From Azolla caroliniana (taxonomy: Eukaryota; Plantae; Polypodiophyta), in contig JBHGNT010000120.1 of NCBI GenBank assembly GCA_043228905.1, positions 11,234 to 75,233 on the forward strand: 64,000 nt of DNA. Direction: 5' to 3'. How positions within the stretch are numbered: position 1 is the stretch's first letter; each line of letters starts with the position of its first letter. The notes under the pieces are model-generated. The model ran no database searches and was not told the DNA's origin. It saw only the letters and a list, made by a program, of their open reading frames with translations. This document shows positions 9,878 to 22,912 of the stretch, piece after piece. The position numbers and the translations under genes are program-made.

Positions 9878-10640
9878 ATTAGGATCAGGTTCCGCTTCTC
9901 GAGAATCGGAATACAACGAGACTGTTGCGCAATCAATACATGCGTGGATCCCTTGGGGAAGGGATAACATCGCGTATTTGAACGTAATCATCGATCACGA
10001 CGATGCCGTTCACATATTTCTGATGCGCATTCGCTCGAGGGAACATATGAACAATGCCTTTCTTGCTTACGCTCGCCGTGCTCCTGTCTGGCCTGGTTTG
10101 AATACAAGCGAGTAGACGCAAGAATGTGATGACGCCCAGTCGTTGTATGATGTGTATTTGGACGTGGTCCTCAACAAGGATGACGTCGTTTGAAATTTAG
10201 AAACAATCTACACGAAGGCCACCGCTAAGACGTCGCATGCGCGATACTCTTCATTTGGTTAGAGTAGAATGCGCGTATTCGAGATTCAACGATGCAAATT
10301 TACGTACGAGTGGAAGAACCTAGCGGCCGGTATCATGAGACGGGAACGGTATCTACACATCGGAGATTGACAGTTTGAGACGAAAACTCTTCTCGAAGGT
10401 CATTTGTATGGTTCATGCATGCTTTTCTATGGATTGCATTGCATGCGTCACACCGCATACCTTTATCCGATAAACCCATTTAAGCGCATCTCCGTAATGT
10501 GGCGAGTAATAGAATGGTAAGGTAAGTGACAAGAGATCCCATGAAAAATACGATGATCAAGAAATATGATGAGAAATGAGAGATCCTATCCGATCACGTG
10601 CGAGATCTTCATTCCTTTCACGTTTCGATGAATGGTCGAA

Positions 10641-10713
10641 GATCCTATGGCCTAATGGATAAGGCGTCGGTCTTCGAAACCAAAGATTCTAGGTTCGACC
10701 CCTAGTAGGATCG
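10641..10713 (+). tRNA. tRNA-Arg(TCG), unit 10, T28C variant
   Basis: Copy with C at 10668, giving a C28-A42 anticodon-stem mismatch. Confidence 0.9.
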
Positions 10714-10989
10714 GTTTAGAATCGTGACCCTAGTGTACGTCGACATCAAGAACACGACGACCAAGGATCATTCACGGAGTCATAATGCGCATCCGTCTCG
10801 ACCGTCTAGAAAATGCGCGGATCTTGTATCCGCTGTTTTGGCTTAATGGATGCATTCATTTACGAGGATGATGATGTTTAATAGGTAAAAGAAATGGAAC
10901 GGTTTATCCGGCGCAAATTCCTCATCAAAAGTGCATCGCATGTCCATCGCGATCCTCAATGGAAGTACATTTTCCAATGGAAAACCGAA

Positions 10990-11062
10990 GATCCTATGGC
11001 CCAATGGATAAGGCGCTGGTCTACGAAACCAGAGATTCTAGGTTCGATCCCTGGTAGGATCG
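10990..11062 (+). tRNA. tRNA-Arg(ACG), unit 10
   Basis: Copy of unit 1 gene. Confidence 0.96.
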
Positions 11063-11825
11063 ATTAGGATCAGGTTCCGCTTCTCGAGAATCGGAATACA
11101 ACGAGACTGTTGCGCAATCAATACATGCGTGGATCCCTTGGGGAAGGGATAACATCGCGTATTTGAACGTAATCATCGATCACGACGATGCCGTTCACAT
11201 ATTTCTGATGCGCATTCGCTCGAGGGAACATATGAACAATGCCTTTCTTGCTTACGCTCGCCGTGCTCCTGTCTGGCCTGGTTTGAATACAAGCGAGTAG
11301 ACGCAAGAATGTGATGACGCCCAGTCGTTGTATGATGTGTATTTGGACGTGGTCCTCAACAAGGATGACGTCGTTTGAAATTTAGAAACAATCTACACGA
11401 AGGCCACCGCTAAGACGTCGCATGCGCGATACTCTTCATTTGGTTAGAGTAGAATGCGCGTATTCGAGATTCAACGATGCAAATTTACGTACGAGTGGAA
11501 GAACCTAGCGGCCGGTATCATGAGACGGGAACGGTATCTACACATCGGAGATTGACAGTTTGAGACGAAAACTCTTCTCGAAGGTCATTTGTATGGTTCA
11601 TGCATGCTTTTCTATGGATTGCATTGCATGCGTCACACCGCATACCTTTATCCGATAAACCCATTTAAGCGCATCTCCGTAATGTGGCGAGTAATAGAAT
11701 GGTAAGGTAAGTGACAAGAGATCCCATGAAAAATACGATGATCAAGAAATATGATGAGAAATGAGAGATCCTATCCGATCACGTGCGAGATCTTCATTCC
11801 TTTCACGTTTCGATGAATGGTCGAA

Positions 11826-11898
11826 GATCCTATGGCCTAATGGATAAGGCGTCGGTCTTCGAAACCAAAGATTCTAGGTTCGACCCCTAGTAGGATCG
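11826..11898 (+). tRNA. tRNA-Arg(TCG), unit 11, T28C variant
   Basis: Copy with C at 11853. Confidence 0.9.
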
Positions 11899-12174
11899 GT
11901 TTAGAATCGTGACCCTAGTGTACGTCGACATCAAGAACACGACGACCAAGGATCATTCACGGAGTCATAATGCGCATCCGTCTCGACCGTCTAGAAAATG
12001 CGCGGATCTTGTATCCGCTGTTTTGGCTTAATGGATGCATTCATTTACGAGGATGATGATGTTTAATAGGTAAAAGAAATGGAACGGTTTATCCGGCGCA
12101 AATTCCTCATCAAAAGTGCATCGCATGTCCATCGCGATCCTCAATGGAAGTACATTTTCCAATGGAAAACCGAA

Positions 12175-12247
12175 GATCCTATGGCCCAATGGATAAGGCG
12201 CTGGTCTACGAAACCAGAGATTCTAGGTTCGATCCCTGGTAGGATCG
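12175..12247 (+). tRNA. tRNA-Arg(ACG), unit 11
   Basis: Copy of unit 1 gene. Confidence 0.96.
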
Positions 12248-13010
12248 ATTAGGATCAGGTTCCGCTTCTCGAGAATCGGAATACAACGAGACTGTTGCGC
12301 AATCAATACATGCGTGGATCCCTTGGGGAAGGGATAACATCGCGTATTTGAACGTAATCATCGATCACGACGATGCCGTTCACATATTTCTGATGCGCAT
12401 TCGCTCGAGGGAACATATGAACAATGCCTTTCTTGCTTACGCTCGCCGTGCTCCTGTCTGGCCTGGTTTGAATACAAGCGAGTAGACGCAAGAATGTGAT
12501 GACGCCCAGTCGTTGTATGATGTGTATTTGGACGTGGTCCTCAACAAGGATGACGTCGTTTGAAATTTAGAAACAATCTACACGAAGGCCACCGCTAAGA
12601 CGTCGCATGCGCGATACTCTTCATTTGGTTAGAGTAGAATGCGCGTATTCGAGATTCAACGATGCAAATTTACGTACGAGTGGAAGAACCTAGCGGCCGG
12701 TATCATGAGACGGGAACGGTATCTACACATCGGAGATTGACAGTTTGAGACGAAAACTCTTCTCGAAGGTCATTTGTATGGTTCATGCATGCTTTTCTAT
12801 GGATTGCATTGCATGCGTCACACCGCATACCTTTATCCGATAAACCCATTTAAGCGCATCTCCGTAATGTGGCGAGTAATAGAATGGTAAGGTAAGTGAC
12901 AAGAGATCCCATGAAAAATACGATGATCAAGAAATATGATGAGAAATGAGAGATCCTATCCGATCACGTGCGAGATCTTCATTCCTTTCACGTTTCGATG
13001 AATGGTCGAA

Positions 13011-13083
13011 GATCCTATGGCCTAATGGATAAGGCGTCGGTCTTCGAAACCAAAGATTCTAGGTTCGACCCCTAGTAGGATCG
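13011..13083 (+). tRNA. tRNA-Arg(TCG), unit 12, T28C variant
   Basis: Copy with C at 13038. Confidence 0.9.
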
Positions 13084-13359
13084 GTTTAGAATCGTGACCC
13101 TAGTGTACGTCGACATCAAGAACACGACGACCAAGGATCATTCACGGAGTCATAATGCGCATCCGTCTCGACCGTCTAGAAAATGCGCGGATCTTGTATC
13201 CGTTGTTTTGGCTTAATGGATGCATTCATTTACGAGGATGATGATGTTTAATAGGTAAAAGAAATGGAACGGTTTATCCGGCGCAAATTCCTCATCAAAA
13301 GTGCATCGCATGTCCATCGCGATCCTCAATGGAAGTACATTTTCCAATGGAAAACCGAA

Positions 13360-13432
13360 GATCCTATGGCCCAATGGATAAGGCGCTGGTCTACGAAACC
13401 AGAGATTCTAGGTTCGATCCCTGGTAGGATCG
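13360..13432 (+). tRNA. tRNA-Arg(ACG), unit 12
   Basis: Copy of unit 1 gene. Confidence 0.96.
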
Positions 13433-14195
13433 ATGAGGATGAGGTTCCGCTTCTCGAGAATCGGAATACAACGAGACTGTTGCGCAATCAATACATGCGT
13501 GGATCCCTTGGGGAAGGGATAACATCGCGTATTTGAACGTAATCATCGATCACGACGATGCCGTTCACATATTTCTGATGCGCATTCGCTCGAGGGAACA
13601 TATGAACAATGCCTTTCTTGCTTACGCTCGCCGTGCTCCTGTCTGGCCTGGTTTGAATACAAGCGAGTAGACGCAAGAATGTGATGACGCCCAGTCGTTG
13701 TATGATGTGTATTTGGACGTGGTCCTCAACAAGGATGACGTCGTTTGAAATTTAGAAACAATCTACACGAAGGCCACCGCTAAGACGTCGCATGCGCGAT
13801 ACTCTTCATTTGGTTAGAGTAGAATGCGCGTATTCGAGATTCAACGATGCAAATTTACGTACGAGTGGAAGAACCTAGCGGCCGGTATCATGAGACGAGA
13901 ACGGTATCTACACATCGGAGATTGACAGTTTGAGACGAAAACTCTTCTCGAAGGTCATTTGTATGGTTCATGCATGCTTTTCTATGGATTGCATTGCATG
14001 CGTCACACCGCATACCTTTATCCGATAAACCCATTTAAGCGCATCTCCGTAATGTGGCGAGTAATAGAATGGTAAGGTAAGTGACAAGAGATCCCATGAA
14101 AAATACGATGATCAAGAAATATGATGAGAAATGAGAGATCCTATCCGATCACGTGCGAGATCTTCATTCCTTTCACGTTTCGATGAATGGTCGAA

Positions 14196-14268
14196 GATCC
14201 TATGGCCTAATGGATAAGGCGTCGGTCTTCGAAACCAAAGATTCTAGGTTCGACCCCTAGTAGGATCG
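14196..14268 (+). tRNA. tRNA-Arg(TCG), unit 13, T28C variant
   Basis: Copy with C at 14223. Confidence 0.9.
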
Positions 14269-14544
14269 GTTTAGAATCGTGACCCTAGTGTACGTCGACA
14301 TCAAGAACACGACGACCAAGGATCATTCACGGAGTCATAATGCGCATCCGTCTCGACCGTCTAGAAAATGCGCGGATCTTGTATCCGCTGTTTTGGCTTA
14401 ATGGATGCATTCATTTACGAGGATGATGATGTTTAATAGGTAAAAGAAATGGAACGGTTTATCCGGCACAAATTCCTCATCAAAAGTGCATCGCATGTCC
14501 ATCGCGATCCTCAATGGAAGTACATTTTCCAATGGAAAACCGAA

Positions 14545-14617
14545 GATCCTATGGCCCAATGGATAAGGCGCTGGTCTACGAAACCAGAGATTCTAGGTTC
14601 GATCCCTGGTAGGATCG
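14545..14617 (+). tRNA. tRNA-Arg(ACG), unit 13
   Basis: Copy of unit 1 gene. Confidence 0.96.
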
Positions 14618-15380
14618 ATGAGGATGAGGTTCCGCTTCTCGAGAATCGGAATACAACGAGACTGTTGCGCAATCAATACATGCGTGGATCCCTTGGGGAA
14701 GGGATAACATCGCGTATTTGAACGTAATCATCGATCACGACGATGCCGTTCACATATTTCTGATGCGCATTCGCTCGAGGGAACATATGAACAATGCCTT
14801 TCTTGCTTACGCTCGCCGTGCTCCTGTCTGGCCTGGTTTGAATACAAGCGAGTAGACGCAAGAATGTGATGACGCCCAGTCGTTGTATGATGTGTATTTG
14901 GACGTGGTCCTCAACAAGGATGACGTCGTTTGAAATTTAGAAACAATCTACACGAAGGCCACCGCTAAGACGTCGCATGCGCGATACTCTTCATTTGGTT
15001 AGAGTAGAATGCGCGTATTCGAGATTCAACGATGCAAATTTACGTACGAGTGGAAGAACCTAGCGGCCGGTATCATGAGACGAGAACGGTATCTACACAT
15101 CGGAGATTGACAGTTTGAGACGAAAACTCTTCTCGAAGGTCATTTGTATGGTTCATGCATGCTTTTCTATGGATTGCATTGCATGCGTCACACCGCATAC
15201 CTTTATCCGATAAACCCATTTAAGCGCATCTCCGTAATGTGGCGAGTAATAGAATGGTAAGGTAAGTGACAAGAGATCCCATGAAAAATACGATGATCAA
15301 GAAATATGATGAGAAATGAGAGATCCTATCCGATCACGTGCGAGATCTTCATTCCTTTCACGTTTCGATGAATGGTCGAA

Positions 15381-15453
15381 GATCCTATGGCCTAATGGAT
15401 AAGGCGTTGGTCTTCGAAACCAAAGATTCTAGGTTCGACCCCTAGTAGGATCG
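15381..15453 (+). tRNA. tRNA-Arg(TCG), unit 14
   Basis: Copy of unit 1 gene. Confidence 0.96.
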
Positions 15454-15729
15454 GTTTAGAATCGTGACCCTAGTGTACGTCGACATCAAGAACACGACGA
15501 CCAAGGATCATTCACGGAGTCATAATGCGCATCCGTCTCGACCGTCTAGAAAATGCGCGGATCTTGTATCCGCTGTTTTGGCTTAATGGATGCATTCATT
15601 TACGAGGATGATGATGTTTAATAGGTAAAAGAAATGGAACGGTTTATCCGGCACAAATTCCTCATCAAAAGTGCATCGCATGTCCATCGCGATCCTCAAT
15701 GGAAGTACATTTTCCAATGGAAAACCGAA

Positions 15730-15802
15730 GATCCTATGGCCCAATGGATAAGGCGCTGGTCTACGAAACCAGAGATTCTAGGTTCGATCCCTGGTAGGAT
15801 CG
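15730..15802 (+). tRNA. tRNA-Arg(ACG), unit 14
   Basis: Copy of unit 1 gene. Confidence 0.96.
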
Positions 15803-16565
15803 ATGAGGATGAGGTTCCGCTTCTCGAGAATCGGAATACAACGAGACTGTTGCGCAATCAATACATGCGTGGATCCCTTGGGGAAGGGATAACATCGCGT
15901 ATTTGAACGTAATCATCGATCACGACGATGCCGTTCACATATTTCTGATGCGCATTCGCTCGAGGGAACATATGAACAATGCCTTTCTTGCTTACGCTCG
16001 CCGTGCTCCTGTCTGGCCTGGTTTGAATACAAGCGAGTAGACGCAAGAATGTGATGACGCCCAGTCGTTGTATGATGTGTATTTGGACGTGGTCCTCAAC
16101 AAGGATGACGTCGTTTGAAATTTAGAAACAATCTACACGAAGGCCACCGCTAAGACGTCGCATGCGCGATACTCTTCATTTGGTTAGAGTAGAATGCGCG
16201 TATTCGAGATTCAACGATGCAAATTTACGTACGAGTGGAAGAACCTAGCGGCCGGTATCATGAGACGAGAACGGTATCTACACATCGGAGATTGACAGTT
16301 TGAGACGAAAACTCTTCTCGAAGGTCATTTGTATGGTTCATGCATGCTTTTCTATGGATTGCATTGCATGCGTCACACCGCATACCTTTATCCGATAAAC
16401 CCATTTAAGCGCATCTCCGTAATGTGGCGAGTAATAGAATGGTAAGGTAAGTGACAAGAGATCCCATGAAAAATACGATGATCAAGAAATATGATGAGAA
16501 ATGAGAGATCCTATCCGATCACGTGCGAGATCTTCATTCCTTTCACGTTTCGATGAATGGTCGAA

Positions 16566-16638
16566 GATCCTATGGCCTAATGGATAAGGCGTTGGTCTTC
16601 GAAACCAAAGATTCTAGGTTCGACCCCTAGTAGGATCG
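16566..16638 (+). tRNA. tRNA-Arg(TCG), unit 15
   Basis: Copy of unit 1 gene. Confidence 0.96.
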
Positions 16639-16914
16639 GTTTAGAATCGTGACCCTAGTGTACGTCGACATCAAGAACACGACGACCAAGGATCATTCAC
16701 GGAGTCATAATGCGCATCCGTCTCGACCGTCTAGAAAATGCGCGGATCTTGTATCCGCTGTTTTGGCTTAATGGATGCATTCATTTACGAGGATGATGAT
16801 GTTTAATAGGTAAAAGAAATGGAACGGTTTATCCGGCACAAATTCCTCATCAAAAGTGCATCGCATGTCCATCGCGATCCTCAATGGAAGTACATTTTCC
16901 AATGGAAAACCGAA

Positions 16915-16987
16915 GATCCTATGGCCCAATGGATAAGGCGCTGGTCTACGAAACCAGAGATTCTAGGTTCGATCCCTGGTAGGATCG
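16915..16987 (+). tRNA. tRNA-Arg(ACG), unit 15
   Basis: Copy of unit 1 gene. Confidence 0.96.
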
Positions 16988-17750
16988 ATTAGGATCAGGT
17001 TCCGCTTCTCGAGAATCGGAATACAACGAGACTGTTGCGCAATCAATACATGCGTGGATCCCTTGGGGAAGGGATAACATCGCGTATTTGAACGTAATCA
17101 TCGATCACGACGATGCCGTTCACATATTTCTGATGCGCATTCGCTCGAGGGAACATATGAACAATGCCTTTCTTGCTTACGCTCGCCGTGCTCCTGTCTG
17201 GCCTGGTTTGAATACAAGCGAGTAGACGCAAGAATGTGATGACGCCCAGTCGTTGTATGATGTGTATTTGGACGTGGTCCTCAACAAGGATGACGTCGTT
17301 TGAAATTTAGAAACAATCTACACGAAGGCCACCGCTAAGACGTCGCATGCGCGATACTCTTCATTTGGTTAGAGTAGAATGCGCGTATTCGAGATTCAAC
17401 GATGCAAATTTACGTACGAGTGGAAGAACCTAGCGGCCGGTATCATGAGACGAGAACGGTATCTACACATCGGAGATTGACAGTTTGAGACGAAAACTCT
17501 TCTCGAAGGTCATTTGTATGGTTCATGCATGCTTTTCTATGGATTGCATTGCATGCGTCACACCGCATACCTTTATCCGATAAACCCATTTAAGCGCATC
17601 TCCGTAATGTGGCGAGTAATAGAATGGTAAGGTAAGTGACAAGAGATCCCATGAAAAATACGATGATCAAGAAATATGATGAGAAATGAGAGATCCTATC
17701 CGATCACGTGCGAGATCTTCATTCCTTTCACGTTTCGATGAATGGTCGAA

Positions 17751-17823
17751 GATCCTATGGCCTAATGGATAAGGCGTTGGTCTTCGAAACCAAAGATTCT
17801 AGGTTCGACCCCTAGTAGGATCG
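17751..17823 (+). tRNA. tRNA-Arg(TCG), unit 16
   Basis: Copy of unit 1 gene. Confidence 0.96.
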
Positions 17824-18099
17824 GTTTAGAATCGTGACCCTAGTGTACGTCGACATCAAGAACACGACGACCAAGGATCATTCACGGAGTCATAATGCGC
17901 ATCCGTCTCGACCGTCTAGAAAATGCGCGGATCTTGTATCCGCTGTTTTGGCTTAATGGATGCATTCATTTACGAGGATGATGATGTTTAATAGGTAAAA
18001 GAAATGGAACGGTTTATCCGGCACAAATTCCTCATCAAAAGTGCATCGCATGTCCATCGCGATCCTCAATGGAAGTACATTTTCCAATGGAAAACCGAA

Positions 18100-18172
18100 G
18101 ATCCTATGGCCCAATGGATAAGGCGCTGGTCTACGAAACCAGAGATTCTAGGTTCGATCCCTGGTAGGATCG
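18100..18172 (+). tRNA. tRNA-Arg(ACG), unit 16
   Basis: Copy of unit 1 gene. Confidence 0.96.
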
Positions 18173-18935
18173 ATTAGGATCAGGTTCCGCTTCTCGAGAA
18201 TCGGAATACAACGAGACTGTTGCGCAATCAATACATGCGTGGATCCCTTGGGGAAGGGATAACATCGCGTATTTGAACGTAATCATCGATCACGACGATG
18301 CCGTTCACATATTTCTGATGCGCATTCGCTCGAGGGAACATATGAACAATGCCTTTCTTGCTTACGCTCGCCGTGCTCCTGTCTGGCCTGGTTTGAATAC
18401 AAGCGAGTAGACGCAAGAATGTGATGACGCCCAGTCGTTGTATGATGTGTATTTGGACGTGGTCCTCAACAAGGATGACGTCGTTTGAAATTTAGAAACA
18501 ATCTACACGAAGGCCACCGCTAAGACGTCGCATGCGCGATACTCTTCATTTGGTTAGAGTAGAATGCGCGTATTCGAGATTCAACGATGCAAATTTACGT
18601 ACGAGTGGAAGAACCTAGCGGCCGGTATCATGAGACGAGAACGGTATCTACACATCGGAGATTGACAGTTTGAGACGAAAACTCTTCTCGAAGGTCATTT
18701 GTATGGTTCATGCATGCTTTTCTATGGATTGCATTGCATGCGTCACACCGCATACCTTTATCCGATAAACCCATTTAAGCGCATCTCCGTAATGTGGCGA
18801 GTAATAGAATGGTAAGGTAAGTGACAAGAGATCCCATGAAAAATACGATGATCAAGAAATATGATGAGAAATGAGAGATCCTATCCGATCACGTGCGAGA
18901 TCTTCATTCCTTTCACGTTTCGATGAATGGTCGAA

Positions 18936-19008
18936 GATCCTATGGCCTAATGGATAAGGCGTTGGTCTTCGAAACCAAAGATTCTAGGTTCGACCCCTAG
19001 TAGGATCG
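18936..19008 (+). tRNA. tRNA-Arg(TCG), unit 17
   Basis: Copy of unit 1 gene. Confidence 0.96.
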
Positions 19009-19284
19009 GTTTAGAATCGTGACCCTAGTGTACGTCGACATCAAGAACACGACGACCAAGGATCATTCACGGAGTCATAATGCGCATCCGTCTCGACCGT
19101 CTAGAAAATGCGCGGATCTTGTATCCGCTGTTTTGGCTTAATGGATGCATTCATTTACGAGGATGATGATGTTTAATAGGTAAAAGAAATGGAACGGTTT
19201 ATCCGGCACAAATTCCTCATCAAAAGTGCATCGCATGTCCATCGCGATCCTCAATGGAAGTACATTTTCCAATGGAAAACCGAA

Positions 19285-19357
19285 GATCCTATGGCCCAAT
19301 GGATAAGGCGCTGGTCTACGAAACCAGAGATTCTAGGTTCGATCCCTGGTAGGATCG
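19285..19357 (+). tRNA. tRNA-Arg(ACG), unit 17
   Basis: Copy of unit 1 gene. Confidence 0.96.
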
Positions 19358-20120
19358 ATTAGGATCAGGTTCCGCTTCTCGAGAATCGGAATACAACGAG
19401 ACTGTTGCGCAATCAATACATGCGTGGATCCCTTGGGGAAGGGATAACATCGCGTATTTGAACGTAATCATCGATCACGACGATGCCGTTCACATATTTC
19501 TGATGCGCATTCGCTCGAGGGAACATATGAACAATGCCTTTCTTGCTTACGCTCGCCGTGCTCCTGTCTGGCCTGGTTTGAATACAAGCGAGTAGACGCA
19601 AGAATGTGATGACGCCCAGTCGTTGTATGATGTGTATTTGGACGTGGTCCTCAACAAGGATGACGTCGTTTGAAATTTAGAAACAATCTACACGAAGGCC
19701 ACCGCTAAGACGTCGCATGCGCGATACTCTTCATTTGGTTAGAGTAGAATGCGCGTATTCGAGATTCAACGATGCAAATTTACGTACGAGTGGAAGAACC
19801 TAGCGGCCGGTATCATGAGACGAGAACGGTATCTACACATCGGAGATTGACAGTTTGAGACGAAAACTCTTCTCGAAGGTCATTTGTATGGTTCATGCAT
19901 GCTTTTCTATGGATTGCATTGCATGCGTCACACCGCATACCTTTATCCGATAAACCCATTTAAGCGCATCTCCGTAATGTGGCGAGTAATAGAATGGTAA
20001 GGTAAGTGACAAGAGATCCCATGAAAAATACGATGATCAAGAAATATGATGAGAAATGAGAGATCCTATCCGATCACGTGCGAGATCTTCATTCCTTTCA
20101 CGTTTCGATGAATGGTCGAA

Positions 20121-20193
20121 GATCCTATGGCCTAATGGATAAGGCGTTGGTCTTCGAAACCAAAGATTCTAGGTTCGACCCCTAGTAGGATCG
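20121..20193 (+). tRNA. tRNA-Arg(TCG), unit 18
   Basis: Copy of unit 1 gene. Confidence 0.96.
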
Positions 20194-20469
20194 GTTTAGA
20201 ATCGTGACCCTAGTGTACGTCGACATCAAGAACACGACGACCAAGGATCATTCACGGAGTCATAATGCGCATCCGTCTCGACCGTCTAGAAAATGCGCGG
20301 ATCTTGTATCCGCTGTTTTGGCTTAATGGATGCATTCATTTACGAGGATGATGATGTTTAATAGGTAAAAGAAATGGAACGGTTTATCCGGCACAAATTC
20401 CTCATCAAAAGTGCATCGCATGTCCATCGCGATCCTCAATGGAAGTACATTTTCCAATGGAAAACCGAA

Positions 20470-20542
20470 GATCCTATGGCCCAATGGATAAGGCGCTGGT
20501 CTACGAAACCAGAGATTCTAGGTTCGATCCCTGGTAGGATCG
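20470..20542 (+). tRNA. tRNA-Arg(ACG), unit 18
   Basis: Copy of unit 1 gene. Confidence 0.96.
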
Positions 20543-21305
20543 ATTAGGATCAGGTTCCGCTTCTCGAGAATCGGAATACAACGAGACTGTTGCGCAATCA
20601 ATACATGCGTGGATCCCTTGGGGAAGGGATAACATCGCGTATTTGAACGTAATCATCGATCACGACGATGCCGTTCACATATTTCTGATGCGCATTCGCT
20701 CGAGGGAACATATGAACAATGCCTTTCTTGCTTACGCTCGCCGTGCTCCTGTCTGGCCTGGTTTGAATACAAGCGAGTAGACGCAAGAATGTGATGACGC
20801 CCAGTCGTTGTATGATGTGTATTTGGACGTGGTCCTCAACAAGGATGACGTCGTTTGAAATTTAGAAACAATCTACACGAAGGCCACCGCTAAGACGTCG
20901 CATGCGCGATACTCTTCATTTGGTTAGAGTAGAATGCGCGTATTCGAGATTCAACGATGCAAATTTACGTACGAGTGGAAGAACCTAGCGGCCGGTATCA
21001 TGAGACGAGAACGGTATCTACACATCGGAGATTGACAGTTTGAGACGAAAACTCTTCTCGAAGGTCATTTGTATGGTTCATGCATGCTTTTCTATGGATT
21101 GCATTGCATGCGTCACACCGCATACCTTTATCCGATAAACCCATTTAAGCGCATCTCCGTAATGTGGCGAGTAATAGAATGGTAAGGTAAGTGACAAGAG
21201 ATCCCATGAAAAATACGATGATCAAGAAATATGATGAGAAATGAGAGATCCTATCCGATCACGTGCGAGATCTTCATTCCTTTCACGTTTCGATGAATGG
21301 TCGAA

Positions 21306-21378
21306 GATCCTATGGCCTAATGGATAAGGCGTTGGTCTTCGAAACCAAAGATTCTAGGTTCGACCCCTAGTAGGATCG
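21306..21378 (+). tRNA. tRNA-Arg(TCG), unit 19
   Basis: Copy of unit 1 gene. Confidence 0.96.
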
Positions 21379-21654
21379 GTTTAGAATCGTGACCCTAGTG
21401 TACGTCGACATCAAGAACACGACGACCAAGGATCATTCACGGAGTCATAATGCGCATCCGTCTCGACCGTCTAGAAAATGCGCGGATCTTGTATCCGCTG
21501 TTTTGGCTTAATGGATGCATTCATTTACGAGGATGATGATGTTTAATAGGTAAAAGAAATGGAACGGTTTATCCGGCACAAATTCCTCATCAAAAGTGCA
21601 TCGCATGTCCATCGCGATCCTCAATGGAAGTACATTTTCCAATGGAAAACCGAA

Positions 21655-21727
21655 GATCCTATGGCCCAATGGATAAGGCGCTGGTCTACGAAACCAGAGA
21701 TTCTAGGTTCGATCCCTGGTAGGATCG
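21655..21727 (+). tRNA. tRNA-Arg(ACG), unit 19
   Basis: Copy of unit 1 gene. Confidence 0.96.
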
Positions 21728-22490
21728 ATTAGGATCAGGTTCCGCTTCTCGAGAATCGGAATACAACGAGACTGTTGCGCAATCAATACATGCGTGGATC
21801 CCTTGGGGAAGGGATAACATCGCGTATTTGAACGTAATCATCGATCACGACGATGCCGTTCACATATTTCTGATGCGCATTCGCTCGAGGGAACATATGA
21901 ACAATGCCTTTCTTGCTTACGCTCGCCGTGCTCCTGTCTGGCCTGGTTTGAATACAAGCGAGTAGACGCAAGAATGTGATGACGCCCAGTCGTTGTATGA
22001 TGTGTATTTGGACGTGGTCCTCAACAAGGATGACGTCGTTTGAAATTTAGAAACAATCTACACGAAGGCCACCGCTAAGACGTCGCATGCGCGATACTCT
22101 TCATTTGGTTAGAGTAGAATGCGCGTATTCGAGATTCAACGATGCAAATTTACGTACGAGTGGAAGAACCTAGCGGCCGGTATCATGAGACGAGAACGGT
22201 ATCTACACATCGGAGATTGACAGTTTGAGACGAAAACTCTTCTCGAAGGTCATTTGTATGGTTCATGCATGCTTTTCTATGGATTGCATTGCATGCGTCA
22301 CACCGCATACCTTTATCCGATAAACCCATTTAAGCGCATCTCCGTAATGTGGCGAGTAATAGAATGGTAAGGTAAGTGACAAGAGATCCCATGAAAAATA
22401 CGATGATCAAGAAATATGATGAGAAATGAGAGATCCTATCCGATCACGTGCGAGATCTTCATTCCTTTCACGTTTCGATGAATGGTCGAA

Positions 22491-22563
22491 GATCCTATGG
22501 CCTAATGGATAAGGCGTTGGTCTTCGAAACCAAAGATTCTAGGTTCGACCCCTAGTAGGATCG
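22491..22563 (+). tRNA. tRNA-Arg(TCG), unit 20
   Basis: Copy of unit 1 gene. Confidence 0.96.
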
Positions 22564-22839
22564 GTTTAGAATCGTGACCCTAGTGTACGTCGACATCAAG
22601 AACACGACGACCAAGGATCATTCACGGAGTCATAATGCGCATCCGTCTCGACCGTCTAGAAAATGCGCGGATCTTGTATCCGCTGTTTTGGCTTAATGGA
22701 TGCATTCATTTACGAGGATGATGATGTTTAATAGGTAAAAGAAATGGAACGGTTTATCCGGCACAAATTCCTCATCAAAAGTGCATCGCATGTCCATCGC
22801 GATCCTCAATGGAAGTACATTTTCCAATGGAAAACCGAA

Positions 22840-22912
22840 GATCCTATGGCCCAATGGATAAGGCGCTGGTCTACGAAACCAGAGATTCTAGGTTCGATCC
22901 CTGGTAGGATCG
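22840..22912 (+). tRNA. tRNA-Arg(ACG), unit 20
   Basis: Copy of unit 1 gene. Confidence 0.96.

Noticed and set aside
13264-15906. 90-aa plus-strand ORFs in units 12-14
   Set aside because: They read through the tRNA-Arg(ACG) gene and exist only because the GATGAG variant removes in-frame TAG stops.
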